Part shown: positions 9,197 to 17,993 of the stretch, in pieces
How the letters are laid out: each line of letters begins with the position of its first letter
How positions within the stretch are numbered: position 1 is the first letter of the stretch
Source: Longimicrobiales bacterium
GTDB taxonomy: Bacteria > Gemmatimonadota > Gemmatimonadetes > Longimicrobiales > Gaopeijiaceae
Length of the DNA stretch: 64,000 nucleotides
Assembly: GCA_041690395.1 (NCBI GenBank)
Contig: JAWLHJ010000006.1
Coordinates: 70,530-134,529 of the forward strand
Direction of reading: 5' to 3'
Translations under genes and position numbers: made by a program
The notes under the pieces: model-generated
Database searches by the model: none
Told to the model about the DNA's origin: nothing
Seen by the model: the letters and a program-made list of their open reading frames with translations, nothing else

Positions 9197-10627
9197 CTAG
9201 CAGGTGCCGAGAATGAAGCAGTTCGACACACGCTCGCTCTGGCCGATCACGAGGACCTGACCAGGGTTGAGCACCGCGGATGAAGCGTTGCCCCACTCGG
9301 GGCCATGCACGCCGGTGCGGTACATGTCCCACAGCCGGCGGTTCGGCATGTTGAGCAGGTTGGCCTGCCGCTCGTGGAAGAGCATGTCGATGGCCTCCGG
9401 ATGGTTGCCCAGTCCGGCCTGCACCATGTCCCACGGCGTGTGGTCCAGCGGGCTCTCCGCGCTCTTGAGCGCGCGCACGTGGTTGATGTGCGTCTGGAAG
9501 TCGAGCATGACGCCGTCCGCCAGCGCCGCCTCGGCCAGGATCAGGTGCAACTCCCTGGCCGTGACCACCCTGAGGGGCGAGTACAGCAGGTTGTCCACGA
9601 ATGCCGTGATGATCTCCTGGGCACCCTGATCGGGGATGTTGTCGATCGGGTCGAGCAGCGCGATGTCGCGCTCGTTCGTGGTGATGCCGTCCCCGTCGAC
9701 GTCCGCAGAGTCACGACGCACAGCCTTTCCGCTGTTGTCGATCACGACGTACGTCTCCGAGAAGACGAACTCCTGCCGCTCGTTGATCCATGCCCCCTGG
9801 GGGTTGGATCCGCTGGCGGACGCGTACCCGAGCGTGAACGCCCAGTCGTCCGTCGGCCCGATATCGGCGATCACGTCCTCGGCGTAGCCCACCGCCGCGG
9901 CATTGTTGATCAGATAGTCGCTCGGGTCGACCGCATTCGGGTCGCTCGGGATGACGCCCTGCATGTGCGGCCAGAGCGCCCGTCCCCAGTGGGCCCGCGC
10001 CAGAGCGGCACGGATGCGAGTCCGGTCCGGCCCGGCTGCCGCCAGACCCAACGCGGACTCGAGACGGGTAATCGCCGTGTCGTAGACGTCCTGCATGTTC
10101 GCCTCGCCCAACGGCGCCCCGACCTCGGTGCGGTCGGAGAACGCGAAGTCCTCCATGATGTCCGCGATGGTCATGTGGACCAGACCGGAGTACAGGTTGG
10201 CGCGCATCAGCTCGTAGTCCGTCGCGCCCACCTCGGCGGCCAACGCGAGCGCTTCCTCGGCCGTCCAGGCGGCCTGCGCCAGCGCGTTGGTCATGTCGTC
10301 GCTACGACCCGCCGGCGTGTCGAAGATGCCGCGGTCGAGCTCGGCCGCCCAGTTCTGGGAGCCGGTGAAGAGAAGCTCGTCGGACATCGCCGCGGTGGAC
10401 AGCGCGATGTTCGCGAGGCTGCTGGAGGTGAGAGCGAGCGCTCCGTTCACGAGCGCGCTCACGGCCTCCGGGTTCTCGAGGTCCGACTGGACGACGTTGT
10501 TGGGGTTCTCGACGTCCAGAAGGCTGTCGCAGCCGGTGAGTCCCACGGCGAACACCGTGGTCAGAAGCCCTGCCGCCAGGCGGCTCGGCTTCCTCCGGCC
10601 CTTATAGCCAGTTTGTACGGATTGCAT
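9197..10627 (-). CDS. SusD/RagB-family nutrient-uptake outer-membrane lipoprotein
   Basis: Lipobox LTGC followed by DSLLDVENPN (typical SusD N-terminus), ELHLILAEA, and ERQ...RRLWDMYR C-terminal motif; directly downstream of a SusC-like gene. Confidence 0.85.
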   Translation of the reverse strand: MQSVQTGYKGRRKPSRLAAGLLTTVFAVGLTGCDSLLDVENPNNVVQSDLENPEAVSALVNGALALTSSSLANIALSTAAMSDELLFTGSQNWAAELDRGIFDTPAGRSDDMTNALAQAAWTAEEALALAAEVGATDYELMRANLYSGLVHMTIADIMEDFAFSDRTEVGAPLGEANMQDVYDTAITRLESALGLAAAGPDRTRIRAALARAHWGRALWPHMQGVIPSDPNAVDPSDYLINNAAAVGYAEDVIADIGPTDDWAFTLGYASASGSNPQGAWINERQEFVFSETYVVIDNSGKAVRRDSADVDGDGITTNERDIALLDPIDNIPDQGAQEIITAFVDNLLYSPLRVVTARELHLILAEAALADGVMLDFQTHINHVRALKSAESPLDHTPWDMVQAGLGNHPEAIDMLFHERQANLLNMPNRRLWDMYRTGVHGPEWGNASSAVLNPGQVLVIGQSERVSNCFILGTC

Positions 10628-10642
10628 ATCGATTCTCCGTTA

Positions 10643-13600
10643 TCAGAAGCCGAAGCGGACGCTGAACTGGTAGCGCGTCGGGACACCCGGACGCCACCCG
10701 TCGATGCCGTACACGAAGTTGCTCGTGTCGCCACTCGGACGCGTGACCACGTTGTTCTCCGGGTCGATACCGGAGTAGCTCGTGAAGAGCTTCAGGTTAC
10801 GCGCGGCGGCGGTGACCGTCATACGGTCGATGCCGAGGCCCTCGATGGCCGAACCCGGAACCTGGTAGGTCAGGCCCAGCTCACGCCACCGGATGTAGTC
10901 CGCCGTCTCGATGCCGTTGACGCCGTCCCACGGGGACAGGCCCACGATCTCACGCCAGGCGGCGGCAGCCGCCACCTTGTCGTCCGGCGAGGCCGCCGGG
11001 TTCTTGATGACGGCTTCGATGTTCGCAGCCTCACGGGTGTTGCGGCCGAGCAGGCTGTGCGAGTTCCGGAACTCACCGCTCAGGTTCTGACGCTTGAAGT
11101 TGCCGAACGCATAGTCGAACTGCGTGGTCAGGCGGAAGCTGCCGAGGAACGAGAGCGTTCCACCGAACGAGCCGGACCAGTCCGGCAGCGGCTTGCCACG
11201 GTAGTACTCACCGTCCGGCCCCGTCGTCGTCGCGGGCTGCGCGAGCAGACGGAGGTTGTCGACGTCACCGGCCGGGTTGTCGACGAAGTACTGACGGAGC
11301 TCCGCCTCGGAGTCCGGCGTGCCGTCGTTGTTCATGTCGTACGCGGTCTCGCCCGCGGCCGGCTCGTGGATGAGTCGGCTGAAGAACGAGCCCGGGGCGT
11401 ACCCTTCCACGATCCAGGTCCGGTAGCGGTAGTACCCGACCTTGATCGAGGGCGCGTCGCCCATGTCCGTGACTTCTTCCTGCAGGTACGCGGCGTTCGC
11501 GAACATGTCGAAGCTCGCGTTCGACGTGTTGAACACGGTTCCGTTCAGTCCGAACTCCCAGCCCGAGGCCTTCATCTCGCCCAGGTTGAACAGCTGGGGA
11601 GTGGTGAAGCCGCCCGAGGGCGGGAACTGCCGGGGCACGAGCGCGTCGGAAACCGTACGGTTCCAGTACGTCACGTCGAGGGAGAACCGGTTGTTCAGGA
11701 TGCCGAAGTCACCTCCGACCTCCCACTCGGTCGAAACCTCGGGCTGGAGGTCCGCGTTACCGAGGTTGTCCGGCGACACGCCGGGCCCCTCGACGGACGG
11801 CTCCGGCTCGAACGTCGTGAACTGATCGAACGCGCCCGGCTGGAGGCCGGACTGGCCGATGGCGCCACGCAGACGCATCGAGCTGAACGGCCCGATGTTG
11901 TCGACGCCGGCCATGTCGGTCGGAACGATCGAAAGGCTGACCTTCGGGTAGAGCGCGCCGCCCGCGGTCTCACCGAACGCGCTGTGCTTGTCGTAGCGCG
12001 CGCCGACCGTCGCGAAGACGAAGTCGTTGAAGCCGAGCTGCTCCTGCACGTACACGCCCGCGTTGACCTGCTGGTTGATGGTCTCGCCCGCGCTCGGCTC
12101 GGCCGCGGCACCCGTGACCTCGAGGCCCGGAGCCGGGAACGAGAACCCTTCGGACTGGTTCTCGTGGTACTCGTTCTGCAGCAGCTGACCGCCGACGATG
12201 AACGACGACGTGATGTTGTCCGTCAGCTGGTTGTCGTAGACCGCCTTCGCGTCGAACGTGACGTTCCGCCGGTTGTGGGTCTGCAGAATACGCTCACCCT
12301 GCGGCGCGTAGTTCGAGAAGTTGTCCACGTTCCAGCCGAACCGCTGGAAGTCGACCTCTTCCGTCGAGACGATGTCGACACCGACCGTGGCGTCGAGCGT
12401 GAGCCCCTCGAGCGGGTTGTACTGCGTGTTGATGCTTCCCGCGAACCGGCGCGTGTCCGTGAACTGCTCGATGTTGAACATCTCGCGGATCGTGGCGAAG
12501 GTGCCGGTACCGGTCGGGTTCGACTCACGGGCGAGCTCGGGCTTCGCCATGATCGACATGGAGAAGGTTCCCGTCGTGTTGTTTCCGTTGGTCGGGACCT
12601 CGTGGTACCGCTCCGTATACATCGTGTTGAAGCGGAGGCGGAGGTCCTCCGACGGGAAGAACGTCAGGTTCGCGACGGCCTGCTTCTGCTCGTCCAGGTC
12701 GCGCGCCGGACCCCACTGCTCGCCGCCGAACGCACCGTCCTCATAGGCGTACCGGCCGGAAACGAAGTAGTTGATGTTCTCGGTGCCGCCACGGACGGAC
12801 AGGCTGTACGCCTGGTTGAATCCCGTCTCGAAGAGGCCGTCGAGCAGGGGCGCCTGGAAGACGTCGTACAGACCGGGCGTGGAGGACAGCCCCCACCACT
12901 CCGCGACTTCCTGGGCCTGCGCGGCGTTGCAGCCGCCACCGGGCCACGCGCTCCGCGAGTCGCTGCAGACGAAGCCGAAGTGGTTGTCGTAGCGGCTCAT
13001 GTCCATCTGGGACAGGCCGGCCTCGACCGACATCTCCCACTGCGGGTCACCGGCCTGACCGGCCTTGGTGAAGATCTGGATCACGCCGTTGGAGGCCTCG
13101 GTGCCGTACAGCGTGGCCGCCGCGGCGCCCTTGAGGATCTCGACGCGCTCGATCGCCTCCGGGTTGATGTCGTCCAGACGGGACGCACCACCCGCATCGC
13201 CCTCGTCCACGTCGTTCGAGACGCGGATTCCGTCGATGTAGATGATCGGGTTGTTGCTCTGGGTGAGGGACGAGGTGCCGCGGATGCGGATCTCGGATGC
13301 CTCACCGGCCATGCCGCCGCTCTGGCTGATGTTCACGCCAGCCGTGCGGCCCTGGAGAGCCTCGGAGAAGTTGGAGATCGGGGACTCCTGGATGCGGCTC
13401 ATGTCGACGGCCGCAACCGTGTTCCCGAGACGCCGGCGCTCCGTCGCCTGACCGGCGCCGGTGATGACCAGCTCGTCGAGCTGCACCGCACTGGTCGAGA
13501 GCGTGAAGTCGAGCGCCGCCGTCTGGCCGGCGGACACGTTCACGGTCTGCTCGGTCTGGCCGTAGCCGACCCGCTCCACCCGGATGGTGACTTCACCAGC

Positions 13601-13834
13601 GGGCACGTTGAGAAGCAGATAGCGACCGGACGAGTTGGTCAGCGTTCCGAGGCTCGTCCCCGGCACGTAGACCTGCACGGCGTCGAGCGGGCGCATGCTG
13701 CTCCCATCGGTCACGGTTCCAGTGACCGATCCTTGCTGCGCGGCCGCGAAGCCTGGCACGAACGCCAGCGCCGCGGCGAGCAGCAGAGCCCGTGATTGCC
13801 CCTTCACTACTTGGACAAACGAGTTGTGATACAT
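10643..13834 (-). CDS. SusC/RagA-family TonB-dependent outer-membrane transporter
   Basis: Signal peptide, carboxypeptidase-regulatory-like N-domain, plug motif IERVEILKGAAAATLYGTEASNGVIQIFTK, GNADLQPE, C-terminal Phe (VRFGF). ATG 13834 with GGAGG. Confidence 0.92.
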   Translation of the reverse strand: MYHNSFVQVVKGQSRALLLAAALAFVPGFAAAQQGSVTGTVTDGSSMRPLDAVQVYVPGTSLGTLTNSSGRYLLLNVPAGEVTIRVERVGYGQTEQTVNVSAGQTAALDFTLSTSAVQLDELVITGAGQATERRRLGNTVAAVDMSRIQESPISNFSEALQGRTAGVNISQSGGMAGEASEIRIRGTSSLTQSNNPIIYIDGIRVSNDVDEGDAGGASRLDDINPEAIERVEILKGAAAATLYGTEASNGVIQIFTKAGQAGDPQWEMSVEAGLSQMDMSRYDNHFGFVCSDSRSAWPGGGCNAAQAQEVAEWWGLSSTPGLYDVFQAPLLDGLFETGFNQAYSLSVRGGTENINYFVSGRYAYEDGAFGGEQWGPARDLDEQKQAVANLTFFPSEDLRLRFNTMYTERYHEVPTNGNNTTGTFSMSIMAKPELARESNPTGTGTFATIREMFNIEQFTDTRRFAGSINTQYNPLEGLTLDATVGVDIVSTEEVDFQRFGWNVDNFSNYAPQGERILQTHNRRNVTFDAKAVYDNQLTDNITSSFIVGGQLLQNEYHENQSEGFSFPAPGLEVTGAAAEPSAGETINQQVNAGVYVQEQLGFNDFVFATVGARYDKHSAFGETAGGALYPKVSLSIVPTDMAGVDNIGPFSSMRLRGAIGQSGLQPGAFDQFTTFEPEPSVEGPGVSPDNLGNADLQPEVSTEWEVGGDFGILNNRFSLDVTYWNRTVSDALVPRQFPPSGGFTTPQLFNLGEMKASGWEFGLNGTVFNTSNASFDMFANAAYLQEEVTDMGDAPSIKVGYYRYRTWIVEGYAPGSFFSRLIHEPAAGETAYDMNNDGTPDSEAELRQYFVDNPAGDVDNLRLLAQPATTTGPDGEYYRGKPLPDWSGSFGGTLSFLGSFRLTTQFDYAFGNFKRQNLSGEFRNSHSLLGRNTREAANIEAVIKNPAASPDDKVAAAAAWREIVGLSPWDGVNGIETADYIRWRELGLTYQVPGSAIEGLGIDRMTVTAAARNLKLFTSYSGIDPENNVVTRPSGDTSNFVYGIDGWRPGVPTRYQFSVRFGF

Positions 13835-14085
13835 AGGGCCTCCCCTATAGCGGAGTGGTGGGTCGTGTTCGACCCGTCGAACAGGTGGTACATCACCACC
13901 TGGATACGATGCCGGGGGCGGGCAGGGCCTGACGGCCCCCGCTCTTCCCGGGGTATTTGAGGATGTTCGATCTATTGGCTTACAGCTTATGGCGTCTGGC
14001 ATATTCAGGAACGACTCAGTCGCCCATCATTCACTCCGGTCCGACGCATGTCAAGAAAAGGATTCTCGTTCGAGCGTCGATGCGC

Positions 14086-14325
14086 TCAGTCGCCGAGTGC
14101 GCGGTCGATCATCCGTTGGATGACCTCCGTCCGGAGCGCGCGTGGATCCGTATATGTAGGCCAGGGGGCCACGAACGTGACCGCTTCGCACGTGAACTCG
14201 AACCCGACGGTCGAGGCCATGCGGTCGGCGTCGCCGCCTCCCACCACACGTGCGTCCGCCCCGGAAGACCGCCATGCGATCCGCCAGGTGACGCCGTCTC
14301 GATCCCGAAACTCGAAGTCCGTCAC
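14086..14325 (-). CDS. Small hypothetical protein (FRDRDGVTWRI-type)
   Basis: 79-aa ORF, GTG start with GGGAG upstream, plausible globular composition. Confidence 0.5.
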   Translation of the reverse strand: MTDFEFRDRDGVTWRIAWRSSGADARVVGGGDADRMASTVGFEFTCEAVTFVAPWPTYTDPRALRTEVIQRMIDRALGD

Positions 14326-14473
14326 GCTCCCCCCAGATTCAACTCGTGTGCCATAAGGTCGGTCGCCGGCATCCGTTTGTCACGGGTTTCATATGCGCAT
14401 GCCGGGCACCGGGGCCACCCAGGAGCCATGGTGTCCCGTGAATCATGGACACCTCGACACCCGCAGATGCTGG

Positions 14474-14512
14474 AACGCAAACGCCCGGGAGCCGCGACGC
14501 GGCTCCCGGGCG
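14474..14512 (-). terminator. Rho-independent terminator after tRNA-Lys
   Basis: CGCCCGGGAGCCGCG-T-CGCGGCTCCCGGGCG hairpin followed by TTTGCGTT on the minus strand. Confidence 0.7.
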
Positions 14513-14515
14513 CAG

Positions 14516-14588
<73 letters not shown>

Positions 14589-14695
14589 GTCGGGAGCCCA
14601 TAAAGCTACGCTTCGCGCCGACCGGGTCAACCGTACCGGAATACCCCCGAGTCGACTCCCATGGCCCGGCCTCCGCGGGTGAGCCCCTGGATGGA

Positions 14696-15109
14696 TCACC
14701 GAGGGGGCGGATCGCCGTCGACGGTGTCCGGGTCCAGCAGCGAAGCCCTCGGCTCCAGCTCACGGGCGCGCTCGAGCGCGGCGGTCGCCTCCTCCTCCTG
14801 GCCGAGGGCGGCGGCGGCCATGTACACCCCGAACCAGGCCGCCGCCGACTCCGGGTCGACCACCGTGGCCTCTCGATACTGCTCCAGCGCCGCAGCGGGA
14901 TCCCGGGCGCGCATCGCGGTGTTTCCGCTATCCAGATGCGCGACGAGCCGAGGGTCGAGGGCCTCGCGAGCCCGGCGAACGTCGTCGGGCGTGACCGAGT
15001 CCGTGCGCTGGTCGTCCCCCCCGCACCCCGTCAGTAGGAGACCGCACAGGAGCGCCGTGCCCCACCACCGGCGCGGCGTCCGGAACCGCATCGCCCCGGG
15101 AGTCTTCAT
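14696..15109 (-). CDS. TPR-containing lipoprotein, last gene of the cytochrome operon
   Basis: Lipobox LLTGC and TPR-like repeats (AALEQYREATVVDPESAAAW, AALERARELEP). ATG overlaps the upstream stop (ATGA at 15106-15109). Confidence 0.8.
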   Translation of the reverse strand: MKTPGAMRFRTPRRWWGTALLCGLLLTGCGGDDQRTDSVTPDDVRRAREALDPRLVAHLDSGNTAMRARDPAAALEQYREATVVDPESAAAWFGVYMAAAALGQEEEATAALERARELEPRASLLDPDTVDGDPPPR

Positions 15110-16533
15110 GCGCCCCCCGACAGCGGATTGCCGACATGACACGCCAGGCAGGTCCTGGGCGAGCGGGCCCATGCCGACTCGGCGTCGAAGCCCGGCTCGT
15201 GGGGGCTGACGCTGAACGAGCCCAGCACCCCGTGGCACTGCACGCAGTCCCGCTGCTGATGGCACGACGCGCAGCTTTCGAGATTCTGCCGCGCGGCCTG
15301 GCCATGGCGAAGGAGCCAGACGGGCTCGGCGTCGTGGTATCCGGCACCGAGGCGCCCCGTGGACCCGAAGCCGCTCTCGATATGGCAGGACCGGCAGAAC
15401 ACGGCGGTTTCGTGGCAGCTGGCGCACTCGTCGGCCCGGCCGAATGCCGTGGCGGCGTGCGATCCGACGAAGCCGTTCGGATGATAGCTGGCGCCCGCGG
15501 GACCATCGTGACAGTCCGTGCAGGACGCCTCGGTATGACATGTCGCGCATGTGCCGTCGTCGGCGGCCGCCATCGTGGCGTGCGCCTCCATGAAGAACGG
15601 CGACTCGTGGGATCCGGGCTCGGAGCGTGACAGCCCGACGCCGGGGGCGGCCACGTCCGCACGGGCCGGGAGGGCAGCCACGGCCCCCGGTACCGGTGCA
15701 ACGTGACAAGAGCTGCAATCGTCCGCGGTGTGGCAGGTGACGCACCCTTCCGCGGTCGTCGCCGTCGCGTGATCCCAGCCCCAGTCTTCCGTGAGGTGCG
15801 AAGCCGGCACGGGGTAGGCGGCCGTCGCGGCCGGGAGCTCCATGGCGACCGGCGCCCTGGGGACACTGCCGACGACCGGATTGTCGGCGTCGACGTGGCA
15901 GGCCAGGCACCGCTCTGCCGTGTGACAGGTGGCGCAACGTGCGGTGCCGGTCGCCGCGGCCTCCCCGTGCGCTCCGGCCAGGAACGCTCCCTGCTCGTGG
16001 TCGGTGGGGACCGGAAGGTTGGAGATCCGGTCCAACGGGAACCGACTCTCCGACAGAGGCACGTGACAGACCACGCACGCGGCCGGGTCGGCGGCAGGCG
16101 CGGCGAAATGGTCCTCGGGCTCACCTACATGACAACTGAAGCAGCTGGCTTCGATCGCCCGGTCGGGAATGCTCATGCGCGGGCCCCCCGGCTGACTGTG
16201 GCATGCCTCGCAGCTCTGGGCCGGCTCGCCCTCGCTCGCGAGCTCCGCGGCGTGCGACGCGTGGTCGAACGTCAAATTGCTCGGACGGACGCCGGGCGCG
16301 GTCCAGTCGATCGCGGGCAGGTCCGCGCCGTCGTGGCAGCGCGCGCACAGCTCGGCGCCCGGATACCCCGGATCGCCCCCGGGCTCGGCAGGAACGTGGC
16401 ATCCCGTGCAGACCGGGAAGAGTCCGGCATGGTCCTCGTGCGGGAACGGAAGCTCCTGGTCCGGACGGGCGGCGCCCACCGCGGCAGCCGCCACGAGTGC
16501 GCCGAGAGTCAGGGCGAGTACCGGCCACTTCAT
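15106..16533 (-). CDS. Periplasmic multiheme cytochrome c, 16 CxxCH motifs
   Basis: Sec signal peptide; 16 CxxCH counted by hand; c3/c7-like FxHxxH motifs in the N-terminal part and five paired CxxCH-x4/5-CxxCH repeats. Confidence 0.92.
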   Translation of the reverse strand: MKWPVLALTLGALVAAAAVGAARPDQELPFPHEDHAGLFPVCTGCHVPAEPGGDPGYPGAELCARCHDGADLPAIDWTAPGVRPSNLTFDHASHAAELASEGEPAQSCEACHSQPGGPRMSIPDRAIEASCFSCHVGEPEDHFAAPAADPAACVVCHVPLSESRFPLDRISNLPVPTDHEQGAFLAGAHGEAAATGTARCATCHTAERCLACHVDADNPVVGSVPRAPVAMELPAATAAYPVPASHLTEDWGWDHATATTAEGCVTCHTADDCSSCHVAPVPGAVAALPARADVAAPGVGLSRSEPGSHESPFFMEAHATMAAADDGTCATCHTEASCTDCHDGPAGASYHPNGFVGSHAATAFGRADECASCHETAVFCRSCHIESGFGSTGRLGAGYHDAEPVWLLRHGQAARQNLESCASCHQQRDCVQCHGVLGSFSVSPHEPGFDAESAWARSPRTCLACHVGNPLSGGA

Positions 16534-17993
16534 CGCTCACCCCCTCCATCGACCGAACCAGGGTCGCGCCCCACCAGGAGCCGGACCGACGTCCAGCCGC
16601 GCGCCTGGTTCCAGGGACTCAGCTCGGCGCTTCCCGTCGTACGATGCCGGAGAATCGACGCTCCGCCGGACACGGACAGTCGATCCGTGACTGGAATCCC
16701 TGCCGACAATCCCCCGCCCAGCGCCCGCCCATCTCCCAGCCGGTACTGCTCGATCTGCTGGAAGGAGCGCAGGAAGAGCGTGACGTGGGTGTCCTCGGCC
16801 GGCGTCCATCCGGTGCGCCCTTCGATCGACGACAGATATCCTCCGGGACCCCACTCCAGGGTGTACGTCGCGCCGACGTTCCACACCGGCGCCGGACGCC
16901 ACCGCACGTCGAGCTCGCCGCGACGTCCCGTGTGCTCGAGCGGCCTCAGGATGACGGCGGTCCCCGTGTCTCCGTACCGGCGCAGCCCGAACGACGAGCG
17001 GAGAGCCCACGCGGCGGACGGCGCCCACCCGACCCGGAGCACGCCCTCCGTATAGGAGACCGGCTCGAAGAATCCCCAGATGGTGGAGAGCGAGAAGTAC
17101 GGCACGTAGCGCGCGGCCGACAGCTCGGCGTGCCAGCGCGCGTCCTGGAAGGTGCGCGCCAGGGTCAGGTGCCCCTTGCCGACGACGCCTCTCCCGAAGT
17201 CGTAGTCGAGGGCGGCCCGGACGGTGCCGACCGGAGCGGCGGCGCTGACGTCGACGGAGGCGCGCTCGGAGGCCAGCCCGGAACGGTCGCCCAGGATCTC
17301 CCTGTGATAGCGGGCCGTCACCGCGGCGGACGCGATCCGTCCCCGCAGCGAGCCGCCGAAGAGGTACACGCTCTGGTCCGGCACGAAGTCCTCGAGACCA
17401 CGGAGCGCCTCGTCGGCCGGCTCCCGGAGGCCTCGGGCGAGGCTTCGTCCTCCGTACCCCTCGACTCGGAAGGCCCGGCGACTGATCCGCACGAGCGCCC
17501 CGTCGAACGACGGAAAGCCGAGCCCCGTGCGCAACTCCTGACGGCCGAGGCGAGCGGTCACGCCGCCGCGCGTGTAGGACCCGTAGGCCAGCATCGCGTC
17601 GAAGCCGTCGTCGGCGCGCGGCCACGGGAACGATCCTCCGAGGTCCTGCCGCGCGCGTAGCTGCACCGTCGCGCTCAGCCCCTGGACCCCGAAGCCCCAC
17701 CCGGTGAGGTACAGGTCCTGGCTCGCGACGGCGGAGAGCTCGGAGTCCTGGGCGACGTAGCACGGCTGGTCCACCGGGCAGGGCTGTGCGAGGGCCACGA
17801 CCGGGCGCATTCCGACGACCTGAGCCGTGGACGACACCCAGCCACGCGCCTGTTGAGCCTCCGCGGCCATGGGAGCCGCGCCGACGGCTAGCCCCAGCAC
17901 GGCCACCGGACGGAGGACGGCGGCGGCCCACCGCGGCCGCACCCCGCGCGAGGGACGGTGACCCACGCGCTCGACCCGACGATGATCCCTCAT
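16530..17993 (-). CDS. Putative outer-membrane beta-barrel (porin) of a porin-cytochrome complex
   Basis: Signal peptide ending AEA-QQ; about 440-aa mature chain rich in Gly, aromatics and Arg with alternating-residue strands (e.g. LAYGSYTRGGVTARLGRQ, GVLRVGW, WNVGATYTLEW); no heme motif. ATGA overlaps at both ends with multiheme genes. Confidence 0.75.
   Translation of the reverse strand: MRDHRRVERVGHRPSRGVRPRWAAAVLRPVAVLGLAVGAAPMAAEAQQARGWVSSTAQVVGMRPVVALAQPCPVDQPCYVAQDSELSAVASQDLYLTGWGFGVQGLSATVQLRARQDLGGSFPWPRADDGFDAMLAYGSYTRGGVTARLGRQELRTGLGFPSFDGALVRISRRAFRVEGYGGRSLARGLREPADEALRGLEDFVPDQSVYLFGGSLRGRIASAAVTARYHREILGDRSGLASERASVDVSAAAPVGTVRAALDYDFGRGVVGKGHLTLARTFQDARWHAELSAARYVPYFSLSTIWGFFEPVSYTEGVLRVGWAPSAAWALRSSFGLRRYGDTGTAVILRPLEHTGRRGELDVRWRPAPVWNVGATYTLEWGPGGYLSSIEGRTGWTPAEDTHVTLFLRSFQQIEQYRLGDGRALGGGLSAGIPVTDRLSVSGGASILRHRTTGSAELSPWNQARGWTSVRLLVGRDPGSVDGGGER

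Noticed and set aside
9305..13795. 1496-aa plus-strand ORF, and similar long antisense ORFs (e.g. 6409-8532, 38990-40744, 43581-45521)
   Set aside because: Mirror frames of real minus-strand genes. High GC suppresses stop codons, and the translations have no recognisable motifs.
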